Notes: a model not told the origin generated them from the letters alone. A stretch of 64,000 nt of DNA from Vicinamibacteria bacterium (GCA_964291235.2 OZ219816.1:1888001-1952000); one strand, 5' to 3'; shown: positions 46,762-57,153, counted from the stretch's first letter. A program made the numbers and translations.

Positions 46762-49734
46762 ATGCCACTGCACGGCAATCTCTCCCCGGCGTTCGCCGAC
46801 CTCCTGGGCTTCCAGGTCCACGAAGTCCTCTTCGTGCTGAGCCACTACGACTCCTTCATCCTCGCCGAGGACGGCCAGCTCAACGACCGCGTTCTTTCGG
46901 GTTTTTTGGACCTGAACCTGCGGATCCTGCCGAGCGTGACCCAGGTGGAGTCCGGCGCCGAAGCCCTGGATCGCCTGGCGCGGACCCCGGACCGCTTCCA
47001 GTTGGTGATCGGCTCTCCGGATCTCGGCGACATGGACATCGGCACCTTCGCCCATCGCCTGCGTCACGCGGGACGGGAAACGCCGGTCACGCTCTTCGGC
47101 TACGACGCGGGCACGGTGGGCGAATACCTGACCCGCCACGGGAGCCACGACCTCGAAAAACCTTTCGTCTGGCAGGGCGATGTGGGGATCTTCCTCGCCA
47201 TCGTCAAACAGCTCGAGGACCGCCGGAACGCGCCCCAGGACACCGGACACCTGGGCGTACCCGCCATCCTGCTGATCGAGGACAGCATCCGCTACTACTC
47301 CTCGTTCCTGCCGGTGGTCTATCAGGCGGTCTTCGAGCAGACCCGGAAGCTGGTCCCCGAGGGGCTCAGCCTCACCGAGAAGTTCCACCGCATCAAGCGC
47401 CGTCCCAAGATCCTGCTCTGCGACCGCTACGAGGAAGCGTGGGAGTACTTCACCTCCTACCAGGACCAGATTCTCGGGGTGATCTCGGACGTTGAATTCC
47501 CGCGGGAGGGCCGCTCGGATCCGCAGGCGGGCGAGCGCTTCGTGGCCGCCACGCGGCGCGCGCGCCCGGACATCCCCGCCATCCTCCACTCCCGCCGCCC
47601 GGAGAACGCCGCGGCGGCCGAGAGCGTGGGAGCCGACTTCCTGCTCAAGGGATCACGGGATCTGCTGCGCCGCATCCGCCGGTTGATGCGCGACCGGTTC
47701 CACTTCGGGGATTTCATCTTCCGGATGCCCGACGGAACCGAGGTCGCCCGGACGCCGGACCTCGAATCCTTCGAGCGCGAACTTCCGAACGTACCGCACG
47801 AGGCCATCCTCGAGTCCGCCCGCAAGAACGAGATCTCGCACTGGCTGATGGCGCGCGGGGAACTGGAACTCGCCGCCCGGCTGCGAGACGTGCGGGTCAG
47901 TGACTACGGCCCCGGCGATCACATCGGACGCGATGTCGCCGAGCGCCTCGCCAGGCGGCGGCAGGAGCGAAGCCGGTCGGTGGTGGCCGATTTCCCTCGC
48001 GAACACTTCGATCCAGGCGCCAGTTTCCTCCGGATCGGCAGCGGGTCGGTGGGCGGCAAGGCGCGTGGACTGGCGTTTACCAACTCGGTGCTCGCCCGTT
48101 CCGGCATTCAGGAACGCCACCCGAACACGATCATCGGCGTTCCCCAGGCGGTCGTCCTCGCCACCGGGATCTTCGACCGCTTCATGGAGGAGAACGACCT
48201 TCTCTCCTTCGCGCTCGAGGTATCGAGCGAGGCTGAGCTGCGCCGGCGCTTCGACGAAGCCCGCTTTCCCGAGGAAGCGTGGGGGGATCTCCGCCGCTTT
48301 CAGGAGAAGGTGCGGTATCCGGTGGCGGTCCGGTCGTCCAGCCTGCTGGAGGACTCGCCCTACCAGCCCTTTTCCGGGGTGTACGAGACCGTCCTGGTGG
48401 CGAACCAGGAGGAGACGGCGCGCGGACGCCTCGACGCTCTGGCGCGGGCCATCAAGCAGGTGTACGCCTCGTTGTTCCTGCCCAGGGTCCGCAGCTTCCT
48501 CGACAGCACCCCCTACCGCCAGGAAGAGGAAAAGATGGCGGTGATTCTCCAGCGGGTCGTCGGGGTGCCCCACGGGCGGCGCTTTTACCCCGACATCGCG
48601 GGGACCGCCCGCTCACAGAACTTCTATCCCACCGCGCCGCTCCGCGCCGCGGACGGCATCGCCACCGTCGGGCTGGGACTCGGCGAACAGATCACGAGCG
48701 GCGGTCCGGCGGTTCGATTTTCGCCGCGCCATCCCCAGCACCGCCTGGGACACCAGAGCGCCGAGGATGCGTGGCGCAATTCACAGAGCGAGTTCCTGGC
48801 GGTGGATCTCGAATCCGGACCCTTGAGCGGCGTCTCCGGGCTGCCGCCGCTGGTGACCGGCTCGCTCGCCGACGCCGAGGCGGACGGCGTGCTGGGGCTG
48901 CTCGCTTCCACCTGGGCGAAGGACTCGGGAACCCTCTACGACGGCATCTCGCGGCCGGGGAGCCGGTTGCTCACCCTCGCTCCCCTGCTCAAGATGCCCG
49001 ACGTCTTCCCGATCGCGGACATCCTCACCGAACTCCTCGACATGGGGGAAGAGGCGTGCCGGGCGCCGGTGGAGCTGGAGTTCGCGGCCAACCTGTCGGT
49101 GCCCCGGGGAAGCCCCCGGGAGTTCGGGTTCGTCCAGTTGCGGCGGCTACAGCAGACCCGGGAACTGCCGCCGGCGGAAAAAATCGCGGTCGCGAGCGGC
49201 GAAGGCGTCCTCTGCCGGAGTTCCCAAGTGCTCGGTCACGGTCAGATCGAGGGACTGCGCGATCTGGTGGTGGTCCAACGCGACACCTACGACCGGCTGA
49301 AGAGCCACGAAGTCGCGCGCGACGTCACCCACTGCAACAGCGTGCTCCAACGGGCGGGCCGTCCTTACGCGCTCATCGGCGTCGGCCGGTGGGGTTCGAG
49401 GGATCGCTTCCTCGGGATTCCGGTCAGCTGGGAGCAGGTGAGCGGCGCCCAGGTCATCGTGGAGGCCGGCTTCCGGGATCTCATCGTCACCCCGTCGCAG
49501 GGCACGCACTTCTTCGACAACCTGGTCTCGCACGGGATCGGCTACTTCACCGTGAATCCCGAACGCGGCGACGGCCTCCTCGACTGGGACTGGCTGGGGG
49601 CGCAGCCCGCGGTCTGGGAAAGCGGCCCCGTCCGTCATCTCCGTCTCGAGAACCCGCTCCGGGTGCGCATGCAGGGGAGCCGCAGCGACGGCTGGATCCT
49701 GAAGCCGGAACGCTCGGGAGCCGATCCGCGCTGA
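46762..49734 (+). CDS. Receiver-like domains fused to a PEP/pyruvate-binding (PEP synthase N-terminal, ATP-grasp) domain
   Basis: ILLIEDS..YYS, GVISDVEFP, IGSGSVGGKARGL, AVRSSSLLEDS, EEKMAVILQ, SQGTHFF. Confidence 0.82.
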   Translation: MPLHGNLSPAFADLLGFQVHEVLFVLSHYDSFILAEDGQLNDRVLSGFLDLNLRILPSVTQVESGAEALDRLARTPDRFQLVIGSPDLGDMDIGTFAHRLRHAGRETPVTLFGYDAGTVGEYLTRHGSHDLEKPFVWQGDVGIFLAIVKQLEDRRNAPQDTGHLGVPAILLIEDSIRYYSSFLPVVYQAVFEQTRKLVPEGLSLTEKFHRIKRRPKILLCDRYEEAWEYFTSYQDQILGVISDVEFPREGRSDPQAGERFVAATRRARPDIPAILHSRRPENAAAAESVGADFLLKGSRDLLRRIRRLMRDRFHFGDFIFRMPDGTEVARTPDLESFERELPNVPHEAILESARKNEISHWLMARGELELAARLRDVRVSDYGPGDHIGRDVAERLARRRQERSRSVVADFPREHFDPGASFLRIGSGSVGGKARGLAFTNSVLARSGIQERHPNTIIGVPQAVVLATGIFDRFMEENDLLSFALEVSSEAELRRRFDEARFPEEAWGDLRRFQEKVRYPVAVRSSSLLEDSPYQPFSGVYETVLVANQEETARGRLDALARAIKQVYASLFLPRVRSFLDSTPYRQEEEKMAVILQRVVGVPHGRRFYPDIAGTARSQNFYPTAPLRAADGIATVGLGLGEQITSGGPAVRFSPRHPQHRLGHQSAEDAWRNSQSEFLAVDLESGPLSGVSGLPPLVTGSLADAEADGVLGLLASTWAKDSGTLYDGISRPGSRLLTLAPLLKMPDVFPIADILTELLDMGEEACRAPVELEFAANLSVPRGSPREFGFVQLRRLQQTRELPPAEKIAVASGEGVLCRSSQVLGHGQIEGLRDLVVVQRDTYDRLKSHEVARDVTHCNSVLQRAGRPYALIGVGRWGSRDRFLGIPVSWEQVSGAQVIVEAGFRDLIVTPSQGTHFFDNLVSHGIGYFTVNPERGDGLLDWDWLGAQPAVWESGPVRHLRLENPLRVRMQGSRSDGWILKPERSGADPR

Positions 49735-49766
49735 CGTGATTGCCGTCCCGGATTGAGGTCCCCTGC

Positions 49767-51386
49767 CTACGGGAAGATCAGGTAGATCGCGGCGATGGTC
49801 GCCAGCGCGAGTCCGCCCTTCCAGTACACCCCGGGTAGCGGCGTCAGGTCCACGCCGGTGACGGGGGCCGGGGGTTCCGGTACGTCGGTGCGCGGCCAGC
49901 GCCAGGCGGCGAACGCCAGTCCCGCCACCACGATCAGGAAGCTGATCCCCATGTGGTGCAGAAATGCGGTTTCCGGCCAGACGAGGCGAAAAACGGCGTA
50001 GATTGGGATCCCGGCCAAAAGGCCGACCCGAGCGGCGAACGCCGGCACCCGCTTCGAAACCACCCCGGCAAAGAACACCGCGACGATTCCGGGGGTAACG
50101 AAACCCCAGACCGTCTGGATGTAGCGGAAGACTCCCGGAAAGCCGCCGATCAGGGGCGCCCAGAGGCAGGCCGCCACCACGAAGACGGTCGAGGCGATGC
50201 GCGCGATGCGCACCGAGGATTCGCCGTCGTCTCCGCCGGCCGGACGCCGGCCGAAGAGCCGGCCGTGAACGTCCAGCGCGTACATGGTGGACGCCGAGTT
50301 CAGCATCGAGTTGAACGAACTCATGATCGCTCCCGCGAGCGCGGCGAGCAGGACGCCGCGGAGCGCGGGGGGCAGGAGTTCGCGGACAAGGACCGGGTAC
50401 GCCTGGTCGGGGTGGGCGATCTGGTCCCCGTAGAGCTGCACCGCGAGGATCCCCGGGAAGCAGATCAGGAAGGGCACCAGGATCTTGAGCCAGGCGCCGA
50501 AGATGGTGCCCCGCTGTCCCTCGGCGAGACTCCGGGCCGCGAGGGTGCGCTGGATGATGAACTGATTCACTCCCCAGTAGAAGAACTGCGCGATCCAGAG
50601 ACCGCCCACGAACACCGCGGTCCAGGGCACTTCGGGGTGGTCGGCGGGCAGCACGGTGTGCAGCCGGTCCTGGTTCTCCACGAGAAAGCGCGCCGCCCCG
50701 GCGAGCACCCCATCGTCCCCACCGAGCGCCGAAAAACCGAGCCAGAGGACCATCACGCCACCGGCGAGGATGGCGATCCCCTGGATGAAGTCGGACCAGA
50801 CGACAGCCTTCAGCCCGCCGTAGATCGTGTAAACGCTGGCCAGCAGGCCGATCCCCCACACCCCAAGGAGGGTGGCGGCCAGTTCCGCGGCCTCGGGCGA
50901 AAGACCGAGCAGGTTCCCGAGGATCTCGGGCAACAGGAAGATCGCGTTCAGCGCCACCGCCCCGGCGTAGAGCACCGTCGCCATCGCGACGAACACGGTG
51001 GCGGCGGTGAGGAGGGCGGCGAGGATCGTCCGGGCGCCCCGGTCGTAGCGCCGCTCGAGGAACTCCGGCATCGTGAAGACGCCGCTCTTCAGGTAGCGGG
51101 GGAGCAGGAACCACCCGATGACGATCAGCGCCGCGGCTGCCGTCCACTCGTAGCTGGCGATCGCGAGGCCGATCTCGGTCGCCGCCGAGCCGGACATCCC
51201 CACGAAGTGCTCGGTGGAAATGTTCGTCGCCACCAGCGACATCCCGATAGCCCAGCCGCCGAGGTTCCGGCCGGCGAGGAAGTACCCCTCGGCCGTCCGG
51301 CGTCCGCGCGAGGCCCGCAGGGAAACGAAGATCACCGCCCCCAGGAAGAGGACGAAGGTGATCAGGTCGGTGGTGGAGAGCGGCAC
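49767..51386 (-). CDS. Sodium:solute symporter (SSS family)
   Basis: YFLAGR, NISTEHFVGMSG, TMPEFLERRY, YWGVNQFIIQRTLAA. Confidence 0.93.
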   Translation of the reverse strand: MPLSTTDLITFVLFLGAVIFVSLRASRGRRTAEGYFLAGRNLGGWAIGMSLVATNISTEHFVGMSGSAATEIGLAIASYEWTAAAALIVIGWFLLPRYLKSGVFTMPEFLERRYDRGARTILAALLTAATVFVAMATVLYAGAVALNAIFLLPEILGNLLGLSPEAAELAATLLGVWGIGLLASVYTIYGGLKAVVWSDFIQGIAILAGGVMVLWLGFSALGGDDGVLAGAARFLVENQDRLHTVLPADHPEVPWTAVFVGGLWIAQFFYWGVNQFIIQRTLAARSLAEGQRGTIFGAWLKILVPFLICFPGILAVQLYGDQIAHPDQAYPVLVRELLPPALRGVLLAALAGAIMSSFNSMLNSASTMYALDVHGRLFGRRPAGGDDGESSVRIARIASTVFVVAACLWAPLIGGFPGVFRYIQTVWGFVTPGIVAVFFAGVVSKRVPAFAARVGLLAGIPIYAVFRLVWPETAFLHHMGISFLIVVAGLAFAAWRWPRTDVPEPPAPVTGVDLTPLPGVYWKGGLALATIAAIYLIFP

Positions 51387-51464
51387 GGAACGGGGGATTG
51401 TGCGGCAAGGGAGCGCCGGCCCCCCTCCCCTCGTCCGGGAGCGCCGGCCTCCACTCCGCGGCGC

Positions 51465-52658
51465 CTACCCCCCGAGCGCTCCGCTGATCAGCCGCGACCC
51501 ACCCACGAACGTCCCGAAGATGCTCCCGATCGTCGGCAGGATGAGCGCCAGCGCGATCTTGAGCGCCCGGTTCCGGAACCAGCGGCGGGGCGCCAGCGCG
51601 TCCGCCTTCAACTCCCGAAGTTCGAACACCCGCGGGGGCCGCACCCAGGCCTGGACGAACGCTGTGACGTAACCCGTTCCAATCACTGGGGTCAGGCTGG
51701 TGAACGGGGCGGACACAAACGCCGCCAGGATGGTGAGCGGATGCGCCAGCGCGAGCACCGCCCCCAGCGCCGCCGGGATCGAGTTGACCGCGATCCAGAA
51801 CAGCGCTCCTTCGGACGCGGCGTCCGCCCCGCGCACCGCCCAGGTCCAGCCGAGCGTGCCCAGGATGATCGCCGGAATGGCGAACCCGACGATCCGGCCC
51901 GCCCTGCCCGGGGGCGGGACCTCGGCGAGCGGCGCGGTGGGGACCTCTTCCGGCTGGAGCAGGGTCCGCTCGACGCCGTCGAGGTGCCCTGCCCCGATCA
52001 CGACAACCAGACGGCCCCCCGGAACCGCCTTCACCGCCTCGCCGATCCAGGTGTCCCGCTCGTCGATGACAACTTCCTTCAGCGTGGGAAACGCTTCACC
52101 AAGTTCGCTGACGAGCCGCGAAACCACGTCGCCCGAGAGCAGTTCCTCGATGTCTTCCTTCGTCGGCTCATCGGCCGCGCCCGACTCGAGTCCTCCCGCC
52201 ATCAGCTTGACCTTCTGCCAGAAGCTGGCCCGCCGCCAGACCCGAAGCAGAGTGATCCGCACCTGACGGTCCACCAGATGGACCTCCGCTCCCACCTCGT
52301 CGGCGGTTTTCGCCGCTTCCCGAAGTTCCGCTCCCGGCTCGACGCCGAGCCGGAGGCCCATCCGCGCCTGCCAGGCGCCGAGCGCCACGCTGGCGAGGAG
52401 CGGCAACAGCTTCCGGTCCCGGACGACCTGCTTGAGATCGAGCCGCTCGATGGCTGCCGGATCCATGAGCGCCTCGTAGCGGGCATCATCCAGCTCGATG
52501 CACACCCCGTCCGGTTGCTCGCGCTCGATCGTCTCGCGCACGAGCCGGAGCGAATCCGGGGAGATGTGGGCGGTCCCGACCAGCACCACCTCGCGTTCCT
52601 CCGGCCAGTCCGGCCGGCGGATGCGGCGAACCAGAGGAGCGCTCGCTTCAGTGGTCAT
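51465..52658 (-). CDS. TraB/PrgY/GumN family protein
   Basis: LVGTAHIS, CIELD, PGAE, IDERD, VIGAGH; C-terminal TM segments. Confidence 0.9.
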   Translation of the reverse strand: MTTEASAPLVRRIRRPDWPEEREVVLVGTAHISPDSLRLVRETIEREQPDGVCIELDDARYEALMDPAAIERLDLKQVVRDRKLLPLLASVALGAWQARMGLRLGVEPGAELREAAKTADEVGAEVHLVDRQVRITLLRVWRRASFWQKVKLMAGGLESGAADEPTKEDIEELLSGDVVSRLVSELGEAFPTLKEVVIDERDTWIGEAVKAVPGGRLVVVIGAGHLDGVERTLLQPEEVPTAPLAEVPPPGRAGRIVGFAIPAIILGTLGWTWAVRGADAASEGALFWIAVNSIPAALGAVLALAHPLTILAAFVSAPFTSLTPVIGTGYVTAFVQAWVRPPRVFELRELKADALAPRRWFRNRALKIALALILPTIGSIFGTFVGGSRLISGALGG

Positions 52659-53160
52659 TTCGGTGTGAGGCGTCCTTCAGCGTCTATTGGCTGGATCCGG
52701 CTCGGAAGCGAGTCACCCCACGTCCACAGGACGAGGTTGCGGTCGTCGGGGCCTGCTCCGCGAAAGAAGGCCGGGACCAGCACTCCGGCGTAGCCCCGGG
52801 CAATCAGGCGGTCAACGACCGCCCAGCAGGCGGGGATTCTGCCTCGGTCCGGATCACGTCTCCAGTCGGGCGGATCAAGGTGCTCGGCCCGGACGCCCTC
52901 CTGGGCCATCGGTTCCGGGCGCGTGGCGTCAAGGATCGGGCTGCAATCGACCTCGTAAGCGGCGAGCACGACCGGCTGGATCGAAAACCCGGCTCGACTG
53001 ACTTCCCGGACCGCACCCGCCAGCGACAAGGGCGTGTAGAACGCCGGGACCCCCTTTCGGTTGAACCTTCCGCCATAGAGGGCTGTCCCCATTCCGGACA
53101 GCGGATCCGCAAGAGCCCGCTCGGGGAAGTGGGCCCAGTACACCACGCCCCGGAACGCAG
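52655..53160 (-). pseudogene. RES-domain protein, apparently degenerate and without an adjacent antitoxin
   Basis: PLSG.G..LYGGRFNRKG, YEVD, NLVLW; no clear start codon; YW and VPA where YR and VPS are usual. Confidence 0.6.
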
Positions 53161-53183
53161 AGTGCGCAGCGCCCGGCGGGCGA

Positions 53184-55796
53184 TCAACGCGGGGCGCGGG
53201 ATGCGGCGATGAGGTTCCCGAGCAGCCGGAACGCCCCCGGGACCCCCTCGGGGAGCTGGCGGTGGAGCGCGTAGGCAAAGTAGGTGTAGCGCCCATCCCC
53301 GAAATCGGCGGTGAGCGCCCCGCCCCGCTGGGGGTCCTGTCCGGTGTCCTGCGTCTCGAAGAGCGCGGTGTAGGCCTCATCCCACGCACTCCAGAACTTG
53401 GAGCCCCGCTGCTCCACCCAGTCTTCGAAGTCGGCGGGGACGATCCGGTGCGGCCAGGTGAGAAGCGGGTGGTCCGGCGCCAGGATCGTGAACGGGCTGT
53501 CCTCCTCGGACACTTCCTCGGACCGCTGCGGCAGGACGCCCGGGTACGGCGCGTGCTCGTTCGGAATCAGCTCGTTCGTGTTGTAGAGCACGACCAGGTG
53601 ACCCCCGCCCCGCGCGTAGTCGAGCAGGCGCCGGTTGGCCCGGAGCAGGTCGGGACGGACCGCGTAGGCCCTCGTTCCGGTGACCACCGCGTCGTAGCCG
53701 CTCAGGTCGGAGTTCAGGAGCGCGGCTTCGTCGAGCAACGTCACCTCGGCCCCAAGAGCCGCGATGCCTGCCGGCACCTCGTCGCCCGCTCCCACGACGT
53801 AGCCCACCCGGAGCCCGTCCGGCATCGCCAGTTCGACTCCGACGACCCTCAGCGCCGCCGGCCGCACCAGATAGCGGAGCGGCAGGTCCCGGTGGGCGAT
53901 CCGCTGGTAGCCGACGGCGGGCGCCGGCTCGCCGGAACCCGTGTCCAGAGCCGCGGTGATCTCGTAGGCGCCCGCCGCCATCCCATCGGCGTGGACGGTG
54001 AAGCGGACGCTCGACTCTTCGCCGGCGCGTTCGAAGGCGACGGTGGCCTCGGCCGGATCCGCCCGGAAGCCGTCCGGCAGTTTGAGCGCGACCCGGAACT
54101 CACCGGCCTGATTCCCGGTGACCATGACATTGGCTTCGAACGCGGCGGCGTCCGCTCCGGAAGGAAAGGCAGCGAAACCGGGATCGAAACCTACCGAGAC
54201 CGGCGGCAGGATCTCCAGTTCGCGGCGCTCGTAGCCGTAGGGGAGGTTGGGCTCGAAGCGCTCCGCGGCGGCAGCGAGTGGGACGGTGACGGTCTCTCCC
54301 CCGTCGCCCGCGGGAATCTCCAGGTCGAGCGTCGCCGTCATCGCCGACGGGGGCGCGCCGCGCGTCCAGTCGCCGTTCGTGCGGTAGCGGCTCTCGCCGA
54401 GCCCCGAACGCTCGACGTGCGGCCGCAGCACCGGGGCATCCGCGGCCAGAGTTACCACGAACCGGTGGGTTGCTCCCTCCACGTCACCGGGTTCGACTTC
54501 GCCGGGCGCCTCCAGGGACACCCCGGTGACCCGCGCCGGAGCAAGAGCCTCGGCGTTGACCCGCACCTCGAACCGCTGGCCGGGAACGACCGGGCCGAAC
54601 GCCGGAGGCGGCGCGAAAGGAGAAGCATCGGAGTCGGCGGACGGCTCGGTCGCAATGGCCTCGAACGAGACCCCTGCCGCCGAACGGATCGCTGCGACGA
54701 GCTCTTCCTCCTTCCGCTCGAGCTCGTGGCGGACATCGAAGAACCCGGACGGCGAACGCTCGGAGAGCAGTTCCCGCATCTCGGCGAGCGCCGCGCCGAG
54801 CCGCGGGAGGCTTGATTCCGGGGCGCTCCAGTCGAACCCGGCGGCAATCCCGCGGAATTGCTCGTCGAGCCGCTCCAGCACCGCCATCAGCCGACCCGGA
54901 ACCACCGGGCCAAAACGCGCGGAGAGCGAAGCCCGCTCCGGACTCAGCATGGCGAGGAGGTCGCGTTCGGCGCCCGGATCCCCGTCGGCGCGCATCAACC
55001 GCGCGGTTCGCCGTCCGGAAACCGGCCGAACGACCCCGCGAGTCTGCGATCGCTGGTAGGCCAACCCCACCGCGTTCAACTCGGCGAACGAGTGCGAGAG
55101 CCACGGCTGCGATCCCGAGACATCGATCTCGAAGGCTCCCTCCTCATCCCGGGCCCGCTGGAAGAACGCGAGCGGGAGATGCGGCCTGCGTCCCTCCCGG
55201 GCCGGGAAGGCGCCCATGTCCGGCGCGCCGTCGAAACCCCGCGCCGCCATCCGCCCCGCGAACTGGTGCTGGCCGTGGCCGTCCCGCGGATCCCCGGTGA
55301 AGCGGGCGAGGATGACCATCGGCCGCTCCCGCCGGATGACCTCCACGACGTCGGCGGCCGCCGACTCCTCGTCCCACGACCGGAGCGCCTCCTCGAGATT
55401 CTTCGAGTAGCCGTAGTCGGCGAGCGGCGTGTGGTAGATCCGGTCGAGGCCGTACCAGTTCCCGGCCACCTCCAGCTCGGCGGATCGGATCAGGCCGAGC
55501 CCGTCGAATAGCTCCGGCCCGATGGCGTTTGCCCCCGCTTCCCCCCGGGTGATGCTCAGGAGCGCGGCCCGGACTCCGTGCCCCCGGCTGAGGAGCGCCA
55601 GGAGCGCCCCGTTCTCGTCGTCCGGATGCGCGGTGACGTGGAGCACCGATCCGGTCGTCTGCAGCTTCTGAATCCAGTGCCACGCCTCGGCCGCCCGCCC
55701 CTGCCCCGGCCCGGTCGGCTGCGCGCCCGCGGTGCCGGCGAGCGGAAGGATCAGCAGCACCGTTGCGAAAACGCGCCAACCCCGGAACTTCTGCAT
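53184..55796 (-). CDS. PIG-L/LmbE-family deacetylase, multidomain, exported
   Basis: AHPDDE, TRGEAG.N, DYGYSK, HGQH; C-terminal GATase-like region (GDEVP, WVEQRG). Confidence 0.88.
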   Translation of the reverse strand: MQKFRGWRVFATVLLILPLAGTAGAQPTGPGQGRAAEAWHWIQKLQTTGSVLHVTAHPDDENGALLALLSRGHGVRAALLSITRGEAGANAIGPELFDGLGLIRSAELEVAGNWYGLDRIYHTPLADYGYSKNLEEALRSWDEESAAADVVEVIRRERPMVILARFTGDPRDGHGQHQFAGRMAARGFDGAPDMGAFPAREGRRPHLPLAFFQRARDEEGAFEIDVSGSQPWLSHSFAELNAVGLAYQRSQTRGVVRPVSGRRTARLMRADGDPGAERDLLAMLSPERASLSARFGPVVPGRLMAVLERLDEQFRGIAAGFDWSAPESSLPRLGAALAEMRELLSERSPSGFFDVRHELERKEEELVAAIRSAAGVSFEAIATEPSADSDASPFAPPPAFGPVVPGQRFEVRVNAEALAPARVTGVSLEAPGEVEPGDVEGATHRFVVTLAADAPVLRPHVERSGLGESRYRTNGDWTRGAPPSAMTATLDLEIPAGDGGETVTVPLAAAAERFEPNLPYGYERRELEILPPVSVGFDPGFAAFPSGADAAAFEANVMVTGNQAGEFRVALKLPDGFRADPAEATVAFERAGEESSVRFTVHADGMAAGAYEITAALDTGSGEPAPAVGYQRIAHRDLPLRYLVRPAALRVVGVELAMPDGLRVGYVVGAGDEVPAGIAALGAEVTLLDEAALLNSDLSGYDAVVTGTRAYAVRPDLLRANRRLLDYARGGGHLVVLYNTNELIPNEHAPYPGVLPQRSEEVSEEDSPFTILAPDHPLLTWPHRIVPADFEDWVEQRGSKFWSAWDEAYTALFETQDTGQDPQRGGALTADFGDGRYTYFAYALHRQLPEGVPGAFRLLGNLIAASRAPR

Positions 55797-55953
55797 GGCG
55801 CACAAGTGTAGGACCGCCGCGGATGGCCAGCATGGCCGCGTTCGCATCAGGGACGCATTTCCGCAACGAGGCCAACCAATCCCGTGCAAGAGTCGAACGT
55901 TCCTTCTTTCGCTAAAGTCACAAAACTCTTGCTCGCATGTTATTTTTACGCTA

Positions 55954-57153
55954 ATGATCGCCAGAAGAACGCAAGAGGCCGTCCTCCGTGCCCTTGACCG
56001 TCAGCCAGCGGCGGCGCTCCTGGGCCCTCGGCAGTGCGGCAAGACCACCCTAGCCCGCCGGATCGCAGACGACACCGACGCGATCTATCTGGACCTCACG
56101 GATCCGCTGGATGTGGCGCGGCTCGCGGACCCGCATAGCTTCCTCGCCCGCCACGAAGGGCGGCTCGTGGTTCTGGACGAAATCCATCGGACTCCCGAAC
56201 TCTTCCTTGCGCTTCGGGGCCTCATCGACGACGGCCGGCGCCGAAATGTCGCCCATGGGCGCTTCCTCATCCTGGGTTCCGCGTCGATGCGCCTGCTTCG
56301 CCAGTCGGCCGAGACGCTCACCGGACGCATCGCGATCGTTTCCCTCTCTCCCTTCGACCCGCTGGAAGTCGAGAGCGCGGGTGACCTCGACCGGCTCTGG
56401 CTTCGTGGAGGGTTCCCCACCAGCTACCTGGCACCCGACCACGAAACGAGCTTCGAAGTGCGCCAGGACATGATTGCGACGATCATCGGCCGTGACATTC
56501 CGGAGTTCTCTTCCCGCCCCCTGCCGATGGAAACCCTCCGGCGCTTTCTGACCATGCTGGCTCACCAGCAAGGGGGGCCGGTCAACCGGGCGGCGCTCGC
56601 GTCCGGACTCGGGATCCGGGAGGCGACCGTAGCACGCTACCTCGACCTCTTCGTGGATCTGTTGCTCGTTCGCAGGATCGAGCCGTGGACGTCAAGTGTC
56701 GGGAAACGCATGCGGAAGGCCCCCCGCATCATCATTCGTGACAGCGGTCTGGTCCACGCGCTCCTGAACATCCGCACGCTCGACGACCTCCTCGGCCACC
56801 CCATCGCCGGACCGAGTTGGGAAGGGTTTGTCGTAGAGAACCTCTTGCGCGCGGCGCCGCCCCTGGCGGGGGTCGGGGCCTACCGCACCCTCCGCGGGGC
56901 GGAATGCGACCTGGTTCTCGATCTGCCGCGGAAGGGTCGGTGGGCGATCGAGGTCAAAAGGGGTCGGGTTCCGAAACTGGAGCGAGGATTCTGGGATGCG
57001 TGCCAGGACATCGCTCCGGCCCGACGCTTCGTGGCATACCCGGGATCCGATCGCTTCCCTTTGAGGAACGACGTCGAGGCAATTGGGGTCGAGGAGCTGA
57101 TGCGAGAGGTGGCCGCAGCTTCGCGCGCCCCCGACTCCGTCCGGTTGGCCTAG
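55954..57153 (+). CDS. AAA_14 ATPase with DUF4143 domain
   Basis: Walker A GPRQCGKT, LDEIH, ILGSAS, RGGFP, DSGL, WEGFV, ECDLV, IEVK. Confidence 0.9.
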   Translation: MIARRTQEAVLRALDRQPAAALLGPRQCGKTTLARRIADDTDAIYLDLTDPLDVARLADPHSFLARHEGRLVVLDEIHRTPELFLALRGLIDDGRRRNVAHGRFLILGSASMRLLRQSAETLTGRIAIVSLSPFDPLEVESAGDLDRLWLRGGFPTSYLAPDHETSFEVRQDMIATIIGRDIPEFSSRPLPMETLRRFLTMLAHQQGGPVNRAALASGLGIREATVARYLDLFVDLLLVRRIEPWTSSVGKRMRKAPRIIIRDSGLVHALLNIRTLDDLLGHPIAGPSWEGFVVENLLRAAPPLAGVGAYRTLRGAECDLVLDLPRKGRWAIEVKRGRVPKLERGFWDACQDIAPARRFVAYPGSDRFPLRNDVEAIGVEELMREVAAASRAPDSVRLA

